DNA from: Macrostomum hystrix
Taxonomy: Eukaryota; Animalia; Platyhelminthes
NCBI GenBank assembly: GCA_950097015.1
Contig: CATNEN010000002.1
Coordinates: forward strand, 7,874,001-7,938,000
Reading direction: 5' to 3'
DNA: 64,000 nt
Shown here: piece after piece, positions 38,195-50,969 of the stretch
Position numbering within the stretch: position 1 is the stretch's first letter
Layout: every line of letters begins with the position of its first letter
Notes under the pieces: model-generated
Database searches by the model: none
The model's input: the letters and a program-made list of their open reading frames with translations, nothing else
Told to the model about the DNA's origin: nothing
Program-made: the position numbers and the translations under genes

Positions 38195-39459
38195 ATGAAA
38201 GCAGAGTTTGGTAAGTCTAACATTTTCATTATTTCCCTCCAAATAATAGCACAAGAAAGCACCTTTTAGAATAATTAAGTAACTTGTTCTATGTCCGAGT
38301 TGATAACTTAACTTTTAGATTTTAGACAGTAACTTTTAGACTTTGAGTATTAATCCTTACACCATTTCAATCAATTATTCTAAACCGGTAAAGACTGTAG
38401 ATATTAACTCTGCAGTTAGAAGAGAAATCGGAAAGTCTTCTCATTTTTTTTCGCTTTTCAGTAAAATTCGTACTCTGCTTGGCTCTCCTCGCCCAGCTGG
38501 CCGGCTGCGGCAGCGAGGCCGAGTGGCTCAGGGTGGAGACGTCACGGTGTCTGCCCGACGCTCTGGCTCTGCAGACAAGGCGAGCGTCAAGCAAGGTCAT
38601 GTGCATCGGCATTGCGAGCACAATGAGCGGTCTGTTGGTGGCCAATTTCGACTCGGACACTCGCCAGTGCTCGCTGTTCAAGTACATTGTCGTGTGCCAC
38701 CTCATCAATGGACAAGCCAGCAATGGAATCAACGCACTGCACAGCTGTGCTGCATTCGCCAATGCCAGAGCCATCAACTTCATGACGCTGAGCAGGAAGC
38801 TGATGAGCAGTGTGGGCTCGAAGCTGCGTGCAGCGTGGGTGATGAGTGACGATGAGGAAGCCAGCAAGAGCAACTTGGTGTGCGGCGAGACGCAGCAGTG
38901 GCAGTCGGAGTCAGTCGAGTTCAGCAGCGAGGGAGCCAAGTTCAACGGAGTGTCATCCAAGATGTTGCTTGAGAACGTGGAGTTCGCTAACTTGGGACTT
39001 GGGCTTAGTTGGCTGTTCAGGCTCAAGCGTGCGGCTTACGGGGCCGTGATCATGGAGAGCTACAAGTGTGACACTAAGGAAATTGGGAGCTGCTTTTGGG
39101 ATGGAGCTCCATCATCAAACGGTCTCTACGCCTCAAGATATGACCTAAACACAGTGGAGTTCTTGACAGACGCCTCGACAAACAGTTACGACCCGAACAT
39201 TTTCATTGAAGTTGGACTCACTTCATCATCCCCTCAGAGCAGAAACTTCTTCTCCAACTCAGGATTCGTGGCACCAGCCAAAGTGACGCAGGGTGCAGCA
39301 TTTGTGAAATCTTCAATGATGGATTTTTACTGCCTCTCCCTCGGGCTACGGCTTCTGGGCACTTGGCCCAAGTTGAATGGATCGATCCGCTCGGTTGCAA
39401 TCATGAACGACACAATGAACGAAGCGGAGATCAGCAGCTTCTTCGGTCTGGTGCGCTGA
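38195..39459 (+). CDS. PAN-like + LamG/ConA-like secreted protein, copy 4 (337 aa)
   Basis: Exon1 38195-38210 (ATG AAA GCA GAG TTT G|gtaagt), acceptor cttttcag 38461, exon2 38462-39459; spliced length 1014 nt. Confidence 0.85.
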
Positions 39460-39688
39460 TTTGAGTTCAACGACTGCGAGAGTTTTCAGTCGCTCGCTGC
39501 ATGAGCATGTATGAGTATGAGCAACATTTAGGCTTTATTATGTGCGAATGTGGTTGTTTTATTGTATGATAAATGATTTTCTGTTTCTATTTCAGTTTTT
39601 TCCTGAGAATTTGTACAACAAAATGTTGGCACTTCTTTGCAACATTCAGCCTTTTTGAAGGCCCATTCGAAAACAAACTGCTGAATTA

Positions 39689-40100
39689 ATATAAAAATGT
39701 GAGGATCAGCTGTGGCTCTTGTAGAAACAGCAGCTTACTCGTAATTCTACCATATAAAAATGTGAGGATCAGCTGTGGCTCTTGTAGAAACAGCGGCTTC
39801 ACTCTACCATATAAAAATGTGAGGATCAGCTGTGGCTCTTGTAGAAACAGCGGCTTCACTCTACCATATAAAAATGTGAGGATCGGCTGTGGCTCTTGTA
39901 GAAACAGCGGCTTCATTCTACCATATAAAAATGTGAGGATCAGCTGTGGCTCTTGTAGAAACAGCGGCTTCATTCTACCATATAAAAATGTGAGGATCAG
40001 CTGTGGCTCTTGTAGAAACAGCGGCTTCACTCTACCATATAAAAATGTGAGGATCGGCTGTGGCTCTTGTAGAAACAGTGGCTTCATTCTACCATATAAA
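39689..40100. repeat. 57-bp minisatellite, about 7 copies
   Basis: Unit atataaaaatgtgaggatcagctgtggctcttgtagaaacagcggcttcactctacc; gives 19-aa-periodic ORFs. Confidence 0.93.
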
Positions 40101-40329
40101 AACTTCGGGCTTTGTTGTCTATTGTTGGATGTTTGTTTATTCTGCCGATACGTTGTTTTTCTGTTTCCCAGGACAAGAGGGGGTTTGCTGTGAATCAATG
40201 CAATAAATGAATGTGGGCCCCTCCCGATCGTAAAAGAAAATTTACATTCGTAGTAACGAAACGGGCCATCAAATTTTTTAAATAATTAATGTCATTAAAA
40301 ATAGTATAAGGGATCTAAGGAGACGAGTT

Positions 40330-41395
40330 TTTAGGCGCCTCCAACGCGTTGAGCCGAGGAATTCCCAGTTCTCCGCCAACCAACACGCCTGTCAGTCAGG
40401 ACGTTCCATCGAAAGTGCTTTACACGCCATTGTTGACAAGTTGGAGCGCGCATGCTTGGCACTGGACTCGCTCTATCACTCTCCCTCGACATGGACAGTG
40501 CATTTTGGCACTGTGCTCTTTGACTTTAGGCGAGTCCTGAAGCGCCGGGCTACGCACGAGCACCTTATCTGCTGGATCATGTATATGGTGTCTCACTCAC
40601 CTGCTACCTCGCACCTGCTTGGCCCCTCCCGCTCTGTGGAAGTCCAGAAGGGAGGCCCAGAGGGTGGGTTCTTAGTCCGATCCTCTGGAACCTCTCCATA
40701 GACGAGCTGCCCTGCAGCCCTGGCCCGGACCCGGTCCAGAAAATCGGCTATGCTGACGATGTTACCGCCACGGTGACTGGTGGTCCTCAGAGACATTTTG
40801 CAAGCTTACATCCACCTCCAGCGCACAGATGCGGGCTCAAACTCTCTGATTCTCAGACCACTGCCACCTTGTTCACCAACATACTAATTGGTGGATTTAG
40901 CCTCTTCTTCTCTATGACAAAATCATCGCCATGGTGAAGCAAACTAGATGCTTAGATGTTATCCTCGACCACAGGTTGAGCTGGACATCTCACGTCAAAT
41001 TGAAAACCCGCAAAGCTCTCGCGATGCTTGTGCAAATCCGCAGAGCCTTCGGTGCTACATAATCCGCAGGGACATCAGGGCAGTCACCATGGCCCTCATT
41101 GGCCAGGCGGTTTCGCTAGGCATCGCAAATCCGCAAAAAAATCTGCACAAAATCCGTGCCAAACCCGGACCTCTCCGACATTTTCAGGTCTGAGAATATC
41201 TGCCAGCTCGTCCGTTACCTGAGGGCCACCAAGTGAGCGAGTCTCCACCTCCGTAGACGCCGGCATTACGGGATCCCCTGCGCGACACCGCAGCTTTAGT
41301 TGCGCATGTTCGCCAAGGGCTAGCGGAATTGGCGGCGACGCCTTCCCACTGCGTCCGGAAGATGCCCCCTGCAGCAAAGTCAAGTTAGTCAGCTG
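40330..41395 (+). mobile_element. Degenerate LINE fragment (second family), RT remnant and 3' UTR
   Basis: Frameshifted RT motifs VLSPILWNL and GYADDV; 41160-41395 is homologous to the minus-strand element at 53605-53890 and ends in caagt-type repeats. Confidence 0.8.
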
Positions 41396-42034
41396 AACAC
41401 ATGGTTTGAAGTGTCGTTTGAACTGCCCGTGTCAAGTCACATGCTCGTCTGTTGCTGTTTCGGTCTTCGCGACTAATTGCTATTAAGCATAAATATCATG
41501 ACTCAAAAGCATTTAAGTATTTTAATGATTAATTGCAACTGTGCTGCAGAGAGAAAAGCGTTCAACGATGAGGCTAAACCACCTCGGACCGATTCCATCA
41601 ATGGAAGAAATTTGCAGATCCGAGAACATCCCATGTCTTCAGACCGCCCAGCGGAGAAGTCAAGTCAAGTCGGTTTGAACTGCCTGTGTTCAAACATGTT
41701 CACATGCTTGTCTGTTGCGGTTTTGTCTTCTCGAATAATAGCTTTTAAACGTAAATATCAGTATAAATATAAATATACGAGTAAATGACACAAACAACAT
41801 TGAGTATTGTAAAAATGAATTGCAACTGTGCTGCAGAGAGAAAAGCGTTCAATGGGAGCCAATTAACTTCGATTGGAGGAAGGCAGCTTCAAAACAGGCT
41901 GCACGAGTAACAGAACTGACGAATCCATCGCTAAGCTATAAATACTGATCTACAGTTCCGTCGGAGTGACTTGAAATCTCAAACGAACTGCTAAAAAATA
42001 CCTTCAGCAGCAGCTGAAGCTGCCACCACTACTG

Positions 42035-43129
42035 ATGCATCTAATAGCATGTGAGTAAGAAGTACTGTGGAGATATAGTCTCATAAATAAAGAATGGTAC
42101 TATGAACTGAATTTAATTAAACTAAAATCGCATTCAGGTGTTGCTTTGCTTTCGCTCCTGAGTCTCGCCCAGCTGGCCCGCTGCGGCAGCGAGGCCGAGT
42201 GGCTCAGGGTGGAGACGTCGCGGTGTCTGCCCGACGCTCTGGCTCTGCAGGCAAGGCGAGTGTCGAGCAAGATCATGTGCATCGGCATTGCGAGCACAAT
42301 GAGCGGTCTGCTGGTGGCACAGTTCGACTCGGACACTCGCCAGTGCTCGCTGTTTAAGTACATTGTCGTGTGCCACCTCATCGATGGACAAGCCAGCAAT
42401 GGGATCAACGCACTGCACAGCTGTGCTGCATTCGCCAATGCCAGAGCCGTCAGCTTCATGACGCTGAGCAGGAAGCTGATGAGCAGTGTGGGCTCGAAGC
42501 TGCGTGCAGCGTGGGTGATGAGTGACGATGAGGAAGCCAGCAAGAGCAACTTGGTGTGCGGCGAGACGCAGCAGTGGCAGTCGGAGTCAGTCGAGTTCAG
42601 CAGCGAGGGAGCCAAGTTCAACGGAGTATCCTCAAAGATGTCGATGGACAATGCGGATTTCGGTGAAACTGAGCAGGGACTCTCGTTGCTGTTTAGGATC
42701 AGGCAGAGTGGAAAAGGGAGAATCATCAGAAAATTTCAATGCGTTCCTGTGATACTTTGGTACGAGTTAGCCTACCCGTTTGATAATCATGTGAGCTTTG
42801 AAAGACACGACCACGTGAATATTGGCTTTATTGATTACTTTGACTCGTGCCACCCTGACACTGGAGGTTTCGTTGAGTTCGCTGTCCATTCGCCGTCAAT
42901 GGATGGGAATCAGGTTGAGTTCTTTTGCTACGCAAACACTACCAGTCCAAAGTTTACTCTTAAGATAGGTATATCCAAGTTCAGCCTGAGCGCTTCGGCA
43001 TGCTTTACTCTGGGAAGCACACCCTATCCTGGAGAACCCTGGTTGAACGGCACCATTCGGGCTGTGGCCATCTCGAACGACACCCTCACTGAGTCTGAGA
43101 TCAACGACTTTTTTGACCTGGTTCGCTGA
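42035..43129 (+). CDS. PAN-like + LamG/ConA-like secreted protein, copy 5 (335 aa)
   Basis: Exon1 42035-42050 (ATG CAT CTA ATA GCA T|gtgagt), acceptor cattcag 42137, exon2 42138-43129; spliced length 1008 nt. Confidence 0.85.
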
Positions 43130-43329
43130 CTGGATCGCAATTGGAACAGCTCGCAAAATGTAAAATTATACGCAGAAACTTTTTTCGACCTGACTGCATC
43201 TCCAGACAAAAAAATGCCTTTTTTCAGCATAGTTGGGCGCGAGTGTGTTAGAGTGAGCTGCAGACTCGACAACGTTTTGCCTCTATTTTGCCTCTTCTTC
43301 GATTTTTTGCACAAATCCACAATAAATCT

Positions 43330-44665
43330 ACAATCTAGTCATGGGCTCGAATCCACAATCTAGTCATGGGCTCGAATCCACAATCTAGTCATGGGCTCGA
43401 ATCCACAATCTAGTCATGGGTTCGAATCCACAATCTAGTCATGGGCTCAAATCCACAATCTAGTCATGGGCTCGAATCCACAATCTAGTCATGGGCTCGA
43501 ATCTTCAATCTAGTCATGGGCTCAAATCCACAATCTAGTCATGGGCTCGAATCCACAATCTAGTCATGGGCTCGAATCCACAATCTAGTCATGGGCTCGA
43601 ATCCACAATCTAGTCATGGGCTCGAATCCACAATCTAGTCATGGGCTCGAATCCACAATCTAGTCATGGGCTCGCATCCACAATCTAGTCTTGGGCTCAA
43701 ATCTTCAATCTAGTCATGGGCTCGAATCCACAATCTAGTCATGGGCTCAAATCCACAATCTAGTCATGGGCTCAAATCCACAATCTAGTCATGGGCTCGA
43801 ATCCACAATCTAGTCATGGGCTCGAATCCACAATCTAATCATGGGCTCGAATCCACAATCTAGTCATGGGCTCAAATCTTCAATCTAGTCATGGGCTCGA
43901 ATCCACAATCTAGTCATGGGCTCGAATCCACAATCTAGTCATGGGTTCGAATCCACAATCTAGTCATGGGCTCAAATCCACAATCTAGTCATGGGCTCGA
44001 ATCCACAATCTAGTCATGGGCTCGAATCTTCAATCTAGTCATGGGCTCAAATCCACAATCTAGTCATGGGCTCGAATCCACAATCTAGTCATGGGCTCGA
44101 ATCCACAATCTAGTCATGGGCTCGAATCCACAATCTAGTCATGGGCTCGAATCCACAATCTAGTCATGGGCTCGAATCCACAATCTAGTCATGGGCTCGC
44201 ATCCACAATCTAGTCATGGGTTCGAATCTTCAATCTAGTCATGGGCTGGAATCCACAATCTAGTCATGGGCTCAAATCCACAATCTAGTCATGGGCTGGA
44301 ATCCACAATCTAGTCATGGGCTGGAATCCACAATCTAGTCATGGGCTGGAATCCACAATCTAGTCATGGGCTGGAATCCACAATCTAGTCATGGGCTCGA
44401 ATCCACAATCTAGTCATGGGCTCGAATCAACAATCTAGTCATGGGCTCGAATCCACAATCTAGTCATGGGCTCAAATCCACAATCTAGTCATGGGCTCGA
44501 ATTTACAATCTAGTCATGGGTTCGAATCAACAATCTAGTCATGGGCTCGAATCCACAATCTAGTCATGGGCTCAAATCCACAATCTAGTCATGGGCTCGA
44601 ATTTACAATCTAGTCATGGGTTCGAATCAACAATCTAGTCATCGGCTCGAATTTACAATCTAGTT
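43330..44665. repeat. 25-bp satellite (caatctagtcatgggctcgaatcca), about 53 copies, plus a few detached units at 44896-44960
   Basis: Direct inspection. Confidence 0.97.
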
Positions 44666-45559
44666 GTGAAGAATTGAGTGAATCAGTCAGAAGTTTTATT
44701 GTCAGAATGGTACGCGCTCGCACTCGCATGCAGCGCGGGTCATTTATTTTATTTAATCAGCACGTTGGCATCAATGTTCATATATTATTTGAACAGGATC
44801 AATGTACATACTAGCTAGGATAGGCAGGTAATAAATTGACGTGCTCAGGCGTACAGTATTGCACTAAATGAAAAGTAAGCAACGAAGCTCTCACACTAGT
44901 CATGGGTTCGAATCCACAATCCAGTCATGGGCTCGAATCCACAATCTAGTCATGGGTTCATTATCCTCGCCATAGTCGCGGCTAATAGAGTTTGAGTAAT
45001 GAATAGAAATGTGTTCGTCCATTCCTGAGTGTAGCACGCGTTTAGCAGGTGCCTTGATATTTGTCGCAAAAAAGATTAGTTTTTTACTGATTGATTTCTG
45101 GAACTGCAAAAGAGGAAAATATACTGTTGAAAGGCTTCGCAAACTCTGGCGCATGGCTTGTCGGCCTCCACACAGCCTATCGCAACATAAGATTCATCGA
45201 TGCATTTCCCATCATGGGATTTTTTGGATCTTTTGTGTTTCAAATTCAGCAAAATGCTTTCTGCATAGCTATGAAAATTCGTTCAACCAGAGCATTTCTG
45301 TGGCACACAATTTCACGCAATACAAAAACTTGTGCTAAATGCCTGCGCTGCGCGTTGCATAAAAAATCTATGAAAAATCACACAGAACGTAAAAGCTACA
45401 TGACGTAGAATAGCGAATGCCTTGCATCGTCAGTCACTTCAGCAAGAGAGTCAACTACCTGAGCTGACGAAACTGAGCGCTTTCAGGCTCGGCCCTGCTG
45501 TGCAAAGTAAAAATATTTTTTCAAATCTGCTACTCGTACAATTGTTTGACAAAATTGTC

Positions 45560-45900
45560 AGGGGGAGAGTGGCAGAGCGGTAAACGCGTTTGCCACTCGC
45601 GCAAAGGTCCCTGAGACCGATTCCGCAGCAAGGCCACATTCATTGGTCGTTTTGTCGTGCAATTTACGCCCTTGAGGGCCAACCTCCAAGGCACAGTGAA
45701 AGTTTACACAGCCTGACGATCAGACAGTCAGGGCAGATGTACACACCTGTGAGAGCGAATGGTATCCATGTGCGTGTGTGCTCATGGGTGGGCAGAATTT
45801 GCTTCCTCGCTGGCTGCGGGTCTAGCGTCACCAAATGATGAGCCGTTGCCAGAAGCCCTCCTGCAATTATTATTACTATTATTATTATTGACATATTGTC
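45560..45900 (+). mobile_element. SINE family A
   Basis: gggggagagtggcagagcggt head, full body and (tta)n tail. Confidence 0.85.
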
Positions 45901-45997
45901 ACTCAGCACTACGAAATACAGAGCTTGTGGTGCACACAGCCACGGGCCAGGGGAGAACACGAAGTGCTGTAACGTGGCTCCCATATGCTGATTAGCC

Positions 45998-46390
45998 AAG
46001 TCCCTGTCAGAGTCCCTGTCAGAGTCCGTGTCAGAGTCCGTGTACCCTATCAGAGTCCCTGTCAGAGTCCCTGTCAGAGTCCCTATGAGAGTTCCTATCA
46101 GAGTCCCTATCAGAGTCTCTATACCCTATCAGAGTCCCTATACCCTGTCAGAGTCCCTGTCAGAGTCCCTATGAGAGTCCCTATGAGAGTCCCTATCAGA
46201 GTCCCTATCAGAGTCCCTATCAGAGTCCATATCTGAGTCCCTATCAGAGTCCCTGTACCCTATCAGAGTCCCTGTACCCTATCAGAGTCCCTATAAGAGT
46301 CCCTATCAGAGCCCCTGTACCCTATCAGAGTCCCTATACCCTATCAGAGTCCCTATCAGAGTCCCTATACCCTACCAGAGTCCCTATCAG
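45998..46390. repeat. 12-bp-based degenerate repeat (atcagagtccct)
   Basis: Direct inspection. Confidence 0.9.
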
Positions 46391-47309
46391 ACAAGCCAAC
46401 ACGCAGGCGTTCAACCCTCATAGTGTAGGGACTGCTTGACCCGACTGGGGGGAGCCTTACCCTTTCGCTGTCGGTGGAGGTTTCGCGTCTTTTTGTCGTC
46501 TATTTGTGTCTAGGAAAGTTCTGATGAGTTATTTTTGTGTGCTGCAGGCCAAAAAACTTTTCTCCTGTTTGCAGCTTCTATTTCCCTTGAGCCACTGCTA
46601 CAAGTAGTGACTATGCATTTTCGCGATTGCATTTTAACTGCAAGTGTGACTTCTGTATGTAGGGCATGCAAATAATGATCAGTTCCGAAATTTAATTAGT
46701 GCTTGACACACCACGAGCACCCGTTCTCAAATTTGTTAGATTTGCGAAAGTGCTAAACGAGCGGTCTTATATTAGCCTACTTATAAGTACTATTCTGGTC
46801 GATTGGCGTTCCCGAGATCAGAGTTTAGCAGTCCGACATGTGTCCATATATCTGTTGGGTCTTTTGTGAAACAGCTTCAGCAATCGCTTCTTCTTCTACG
46901 GGCGAGCGTTGGCGTTGGCCAAGGCCCTAGCACCGGGCGTCAAAGGATGCCCAACTTTCGTGCAGGAGTTCCTGCACTGCGATGCAGTTGTCGAAAAAAG
47001 CCGCTCGTTCGGGGTTTGGGCCTCAGAGGCTGCAGCAGTGCGGAGTCAAGGCGCAGGCAGTCAGCACGCGGACCGTGGACTCTTCGCCCTCGCCGCACAA
47101 ACGGCGTGTTGGCGCCACTTGGAGACCGATGGCGGCCTGAAAGCCCGGCAGGGAATGGCAGCGCCTGGCAGAGCTCGTGGCTGGTGCTTCGGTGGCAGTC
47201 GCGCCGTAGGTCTCATGCCATTGATCTAGGCAGTGGCGGCGGCTGGCGGCCTTCTCTGCAGAAATCCTGCGCCATCGAGGATCCTCTCATCGAGGCTCGC
47301 CAGTGCGGC

Positions 47310-47600
47310 GAGGCCTGAGGTCACTGAGCTCGATTCCGCGGCGAGGCCACATTCATTTGGAGCGCAGACGCGGAGAGAAAGCTTGGGGCTTGACGCGCAG
47401 TTCATCATTTTTTGCCCTTGACTGCCAACCCCTAAAGCACATTGAGGGTGTACTCTACCTGGCGATGAGAAAATTAGGGCAGATGTACACCTGCGTGAGA
47501 GTATGCCTGCGCACGGCGTCTGTGGCCTGTGTGCTCATGAGTCAGTGGAATGGGCAGAATCCTCGCTGGGTACGTGTCTGCTGTCACCAAAAGTTGTGCC
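47310..47600 (+). mobile_element. SINE family A, 5'-truncated
   Basis: gagctcgattccgcggcgaggccacattcatttgg and downstream body motifs. Confidence 0.75.
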
Positions 47601-48767
47601 AGTGCCCAAAAACCCTCACGCGAACATCAGTTTGCTATTATTAACCTAAATGTTGAGCCTGCAGCTCTCCTTTGTCATTTAGTGTCATTACATCCAGTAA
47701 TTAGGACGCTGTTGAAGCGAACGAGAAGCAATGAGACGATTGCCATTTTCAGATATTATTTTGCTTTTTCCGTACAGAGACCATGGTTGAGGCCATCTCT
47801 AAGAGTGAGATTTCGCTCGTTCCTCCTAAGCCAGAACAAGGGCCAGAACATAATAAGGGCCTCCTTGAATAGCCTCGAAAACAAAGAACAAAAGCTCTCT
47901 AACGACTCAAAGCAGCTCCGCTTGGATGAAGGCAAGCAGCATCGCTTGAAAAAACAATCTGTGTGCGTGTGCTCCAACAACAATTCGTTATTCCAGCAAC
48001 GAATACGAAATTGGAGCTAAACACCTTGATTCTTAGCACTTGATTTCCAAATCTGAATTTCCAAGCGCTATCAACTCTGGAGTCTCTTGTAGGAATGTGG
48101 TCGGTCAGTGTCTCCGGTGTCGATTTCCGATGACGACTCCTTAATGTTTCCTCATTGCACTAATGACATTGCTAGCTGCTTTGAAGATACTGTCGGTCAT
48201 AGGAACGGCAGAACAATGAGCTCTACAATATCCAGTGGCACCGCACATAGTCAGCGACGAATGCATCGCTTAATGATTGGTGCGCTCACCTTGATTCTGT
48301 TAAGACTCGTCATGGAAAAACTCCAGAACTCCGGAGCGGCTCAGAACTCGTGAAAAGTGAAAGGTAAGGCGAAGCAAGCTGATAGGCATGTGCGTAGACT
48401 CAATAAGAGGCCTTGCCCGGAGCTTCGACCACAACCCTCTCTCTCTAAAAAGGTGTGCTGAGGACGGTCAAGTAGCACTTAGTTCACATGCATGTGCTTT
48501 GCTGGGCTGCACACAATTTCCACGGTGACTCACCATCCAATAGTCTCAATCGGATTTATTTCAACGAGTCAATTCCAAGAATTTGTTAAAAGTCGAGCAG
48601 CTCTGATTGGTGAGCCTCTTTGTTATGTCGACTCGCATAAAAATTGACACTCAGGTGCGCTCACTTTATTTAAACAAAAAAGACTACCTTCAAATAATAT
48701 AAAGACTGCTGCTATAAGTGACGGATATTAGGAAGGCTTCAATTCTAAAACGACAACTCCTGCCACT

Positions 48768-49926
48768 ATGCGTGTCCTCGAAGGTAAGTTGGCTGGGAAA
48801 TCTTTTGCAAGATTGGATGGCAAAACATTACCACCATCTTTTATGCAGCTGTTAACGTTTTCACGATATCCAATAACTAATAAATTAAACGATCGAGTTT
48901 AATTAATAAGAGGATAACACTTTTTCAGGTCTCATTGTTTTTTCGCTCCTGAGTATCGCCCAGCTGGCCCGCTGCGGCAACGAGGCCGAGTGGCTCAGGG
49001 TGGAGACGTCACGGTGTCTGCCCGACGCTCTGGCTCTGCAGACAAGGCGAGTGTCGAGCAAGATCATGTGCATCGGCATTGCGAGCACAATGAGCGGTCT
49101 GTTGGTGGCCCAGTTCGACTCGGACACTCGCCAGTGCTCGCTGTTCAAGTACATTGTCGTGTGCCACCTCATCGATGGACAAGCCAGCAATGGAATCAAC
49201 GCACTGCACAGCTGTGCTGCATTCGCCAATGCCAGAGCCGTCAGATTCATGACGCTGAGCAGGAAGCTGATGAGCAGTGTGGGCTCGAAGCTGCGTGCAG
49301 CGTGGGTGATGAGTGACGATGAGGAAGCCAGCAAGAGCAACTTGGCGTGCGGCGAGACGCAGCAGTGGCAGTCGGAGTCAGTCGAGTTCACGAGCGAGGG
49401 AGCCAAGTTCAATGGAGTATCCTCAAATATGTCGATGGACAATGCGGATTTCGGTGAAACTGAGCAGGGACTCTCACTGCTGATCAGAAAAAAACAATTT
49501 GGTTCAGGAATGATTTTCACGAAAATTACATGTGGCACGGATCTAATGTGGTACTGCCTCTTCAAAACGAAATTGTCTTCTGATGAACAGACTAGTTTTT
49601 CAAGACACAGCATTTTAGACACGGTTTTCTTTGTTGCCGCGGAATTGTGCGACATTTACTCAGAAGATTTCGTTGATCTCGCAGTCATCTCACCGTCAAT
49701 GAATAAGAGTCTGGTTCAGTTCAACTGCAACTCAGAGTATTACGGTCTGCAAGATGAATTTGATTTTCCTCTAGAAAAGCCAGTTCTGGATTCACCCTCT
49801 TGTTTATACTTGGGAGCATACACTCCTGAAGATCTCACATTCAACGGCACCATCCGGGCGGTGGCCATTGCGAACGACACCCTAACTGAGGCAGAAATCA
49901 GCAAGTTCTTTATCACGGTTCGCTGA
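48768..49926 (+). CDS. PAN-like + LamG/ConA-like secreted protein, copy 6 (337 aa)
   Basis: Exon1 48768-48783 (ATG CGT GTC CTC GAA G|gtaagt), acceptor tttttcag 48928, exon2 48929-49926; spliced length 1014 nt. Confidence 0.85.
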
Positions 49927-50433
49927 ATGGATCAGTACTATCCTAATCTAAATCAACAATGCCGACAATGTTCTCGATCTGACTGCAGCTCTGAAATCGA
50001 ACTGTATGTGGCTGCTGTGCTCAAACGCAGCAATGATGTGAGCCATATTGAACGATTGTCAAGTAGATCAGAAGTTCTCCGCACAAAGGAAAAATATAAA
50101 GTGTTGCTCACTCACAGCTGAGTGATCATATGGAGGCATGCTCGGTGCATCAACCAGGAAGTTACACCAGCATTATACGAGCATAGATATCGAGCATTAT
50201 GCAGTGCTCAACTTTTCATTTCTGCCTGCATTAGGAATTTGAATTTGTGACATTTTCTGATGCTTTTGCGCAACTTGTCAGCGAAACAGCTCAAAGAAGG
50301 CTTTGATCTCTGTTTCGGCCATTGTGTCATGCAAATAGGAGACAGCGCTCACTGTTCCGCTCGACACTCGTCATTCGTCCTTCAGGAATCCAGCAGTTTC
50401 TGCTTTGACTTTGCATAGCAGTCTCAGAGACGC

Positions 50434-50662
50434 ACGATAGGTGACACGATAGGTGACACGATAGGTGACACGATAGGTGACACGATAGGTGACACGATAG
50501 GTGACACGATAGGTGACACGATAGGTGACACGATAGGTGACACGATAGGTGACACGATAGGTGACACGATAGGTGACACGATAGGTGACACGATAGGTGA
50601 CACGATAGGTGACACGATAGGTGACACGATAGGTGACACGATAGGTGACACGATAGGTGACA
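50434..50662. repeat. 12-bp perfect tandem repeat (acgataggtgac), about 19 copies
   Basis: Direct inspection. Confidence 0.97.
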
Positions 50663-50969
50663 CCGTCGGTGAAGAACAACCTGCTGTCTGGTGAAGCATT
50701 GAAGAACCTTCTTAAACAAAATTCTCAGTTTAATGCTGTCAGGCATCAGTTTGTAGTACTTACTTTCGACTTTCGTCTTTTCTACTTTCGTCTTGTAGTA
50801 AATTTACAACAGATCTTAAGGAGCTTCCATCTTCAAAAGCCGCGTTTCAGTGTTTTAAGTTTGTGATGCATTTTGAAGGTCTGAATGGCGCAAACTTCGA
50901 TTGCACTATGAAGACAGAAAAAAGAAAAAAGAATGAAGAAAGAAGAAGTAAGTACGAGAAAGAAAGACC

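Noticed and set aside
41410-41850. About 150-bp local duplication (41410-41560 vs 41670-41850)
   Set aside because: Small, non-coding and without recognisable structure; likely an ordinary tandem duplication beside the LINE tail.
28913-44665. CRISPR-like appearance of the 52-bp, 57-bp and 25-bp arrays
   Set aside because: Head-to-tail units with no unique spacers, no cas genes, and a eukaryotic context.
46880-47290. GC-rich ORF fragment containing SQGAGSQHADRGLFALAA, reminiscent of the Ulp1-like QxxxxDCGLFA motif
   Set aside because: Catalytic Cys is absent, no start or splice support, and the match is too short to call.
27107-48929. Idea that the lectin-like genes get their start codon from a spliced-leader AUG
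   Set aside because: All acceptors are phase 1 and each has a matching upstream 16-nt ATG exon, so cis-splicing explains them.
3930-49655. Antisense ORFs over each lectin-like copy (e.g. 3930-4619, 27078-27653, 42100-42726, 48903-49655)
   Set aside because: They are open because of the shared cassette's codon usage; the sense frame has the signal peptide, splice sites and domain motifs.
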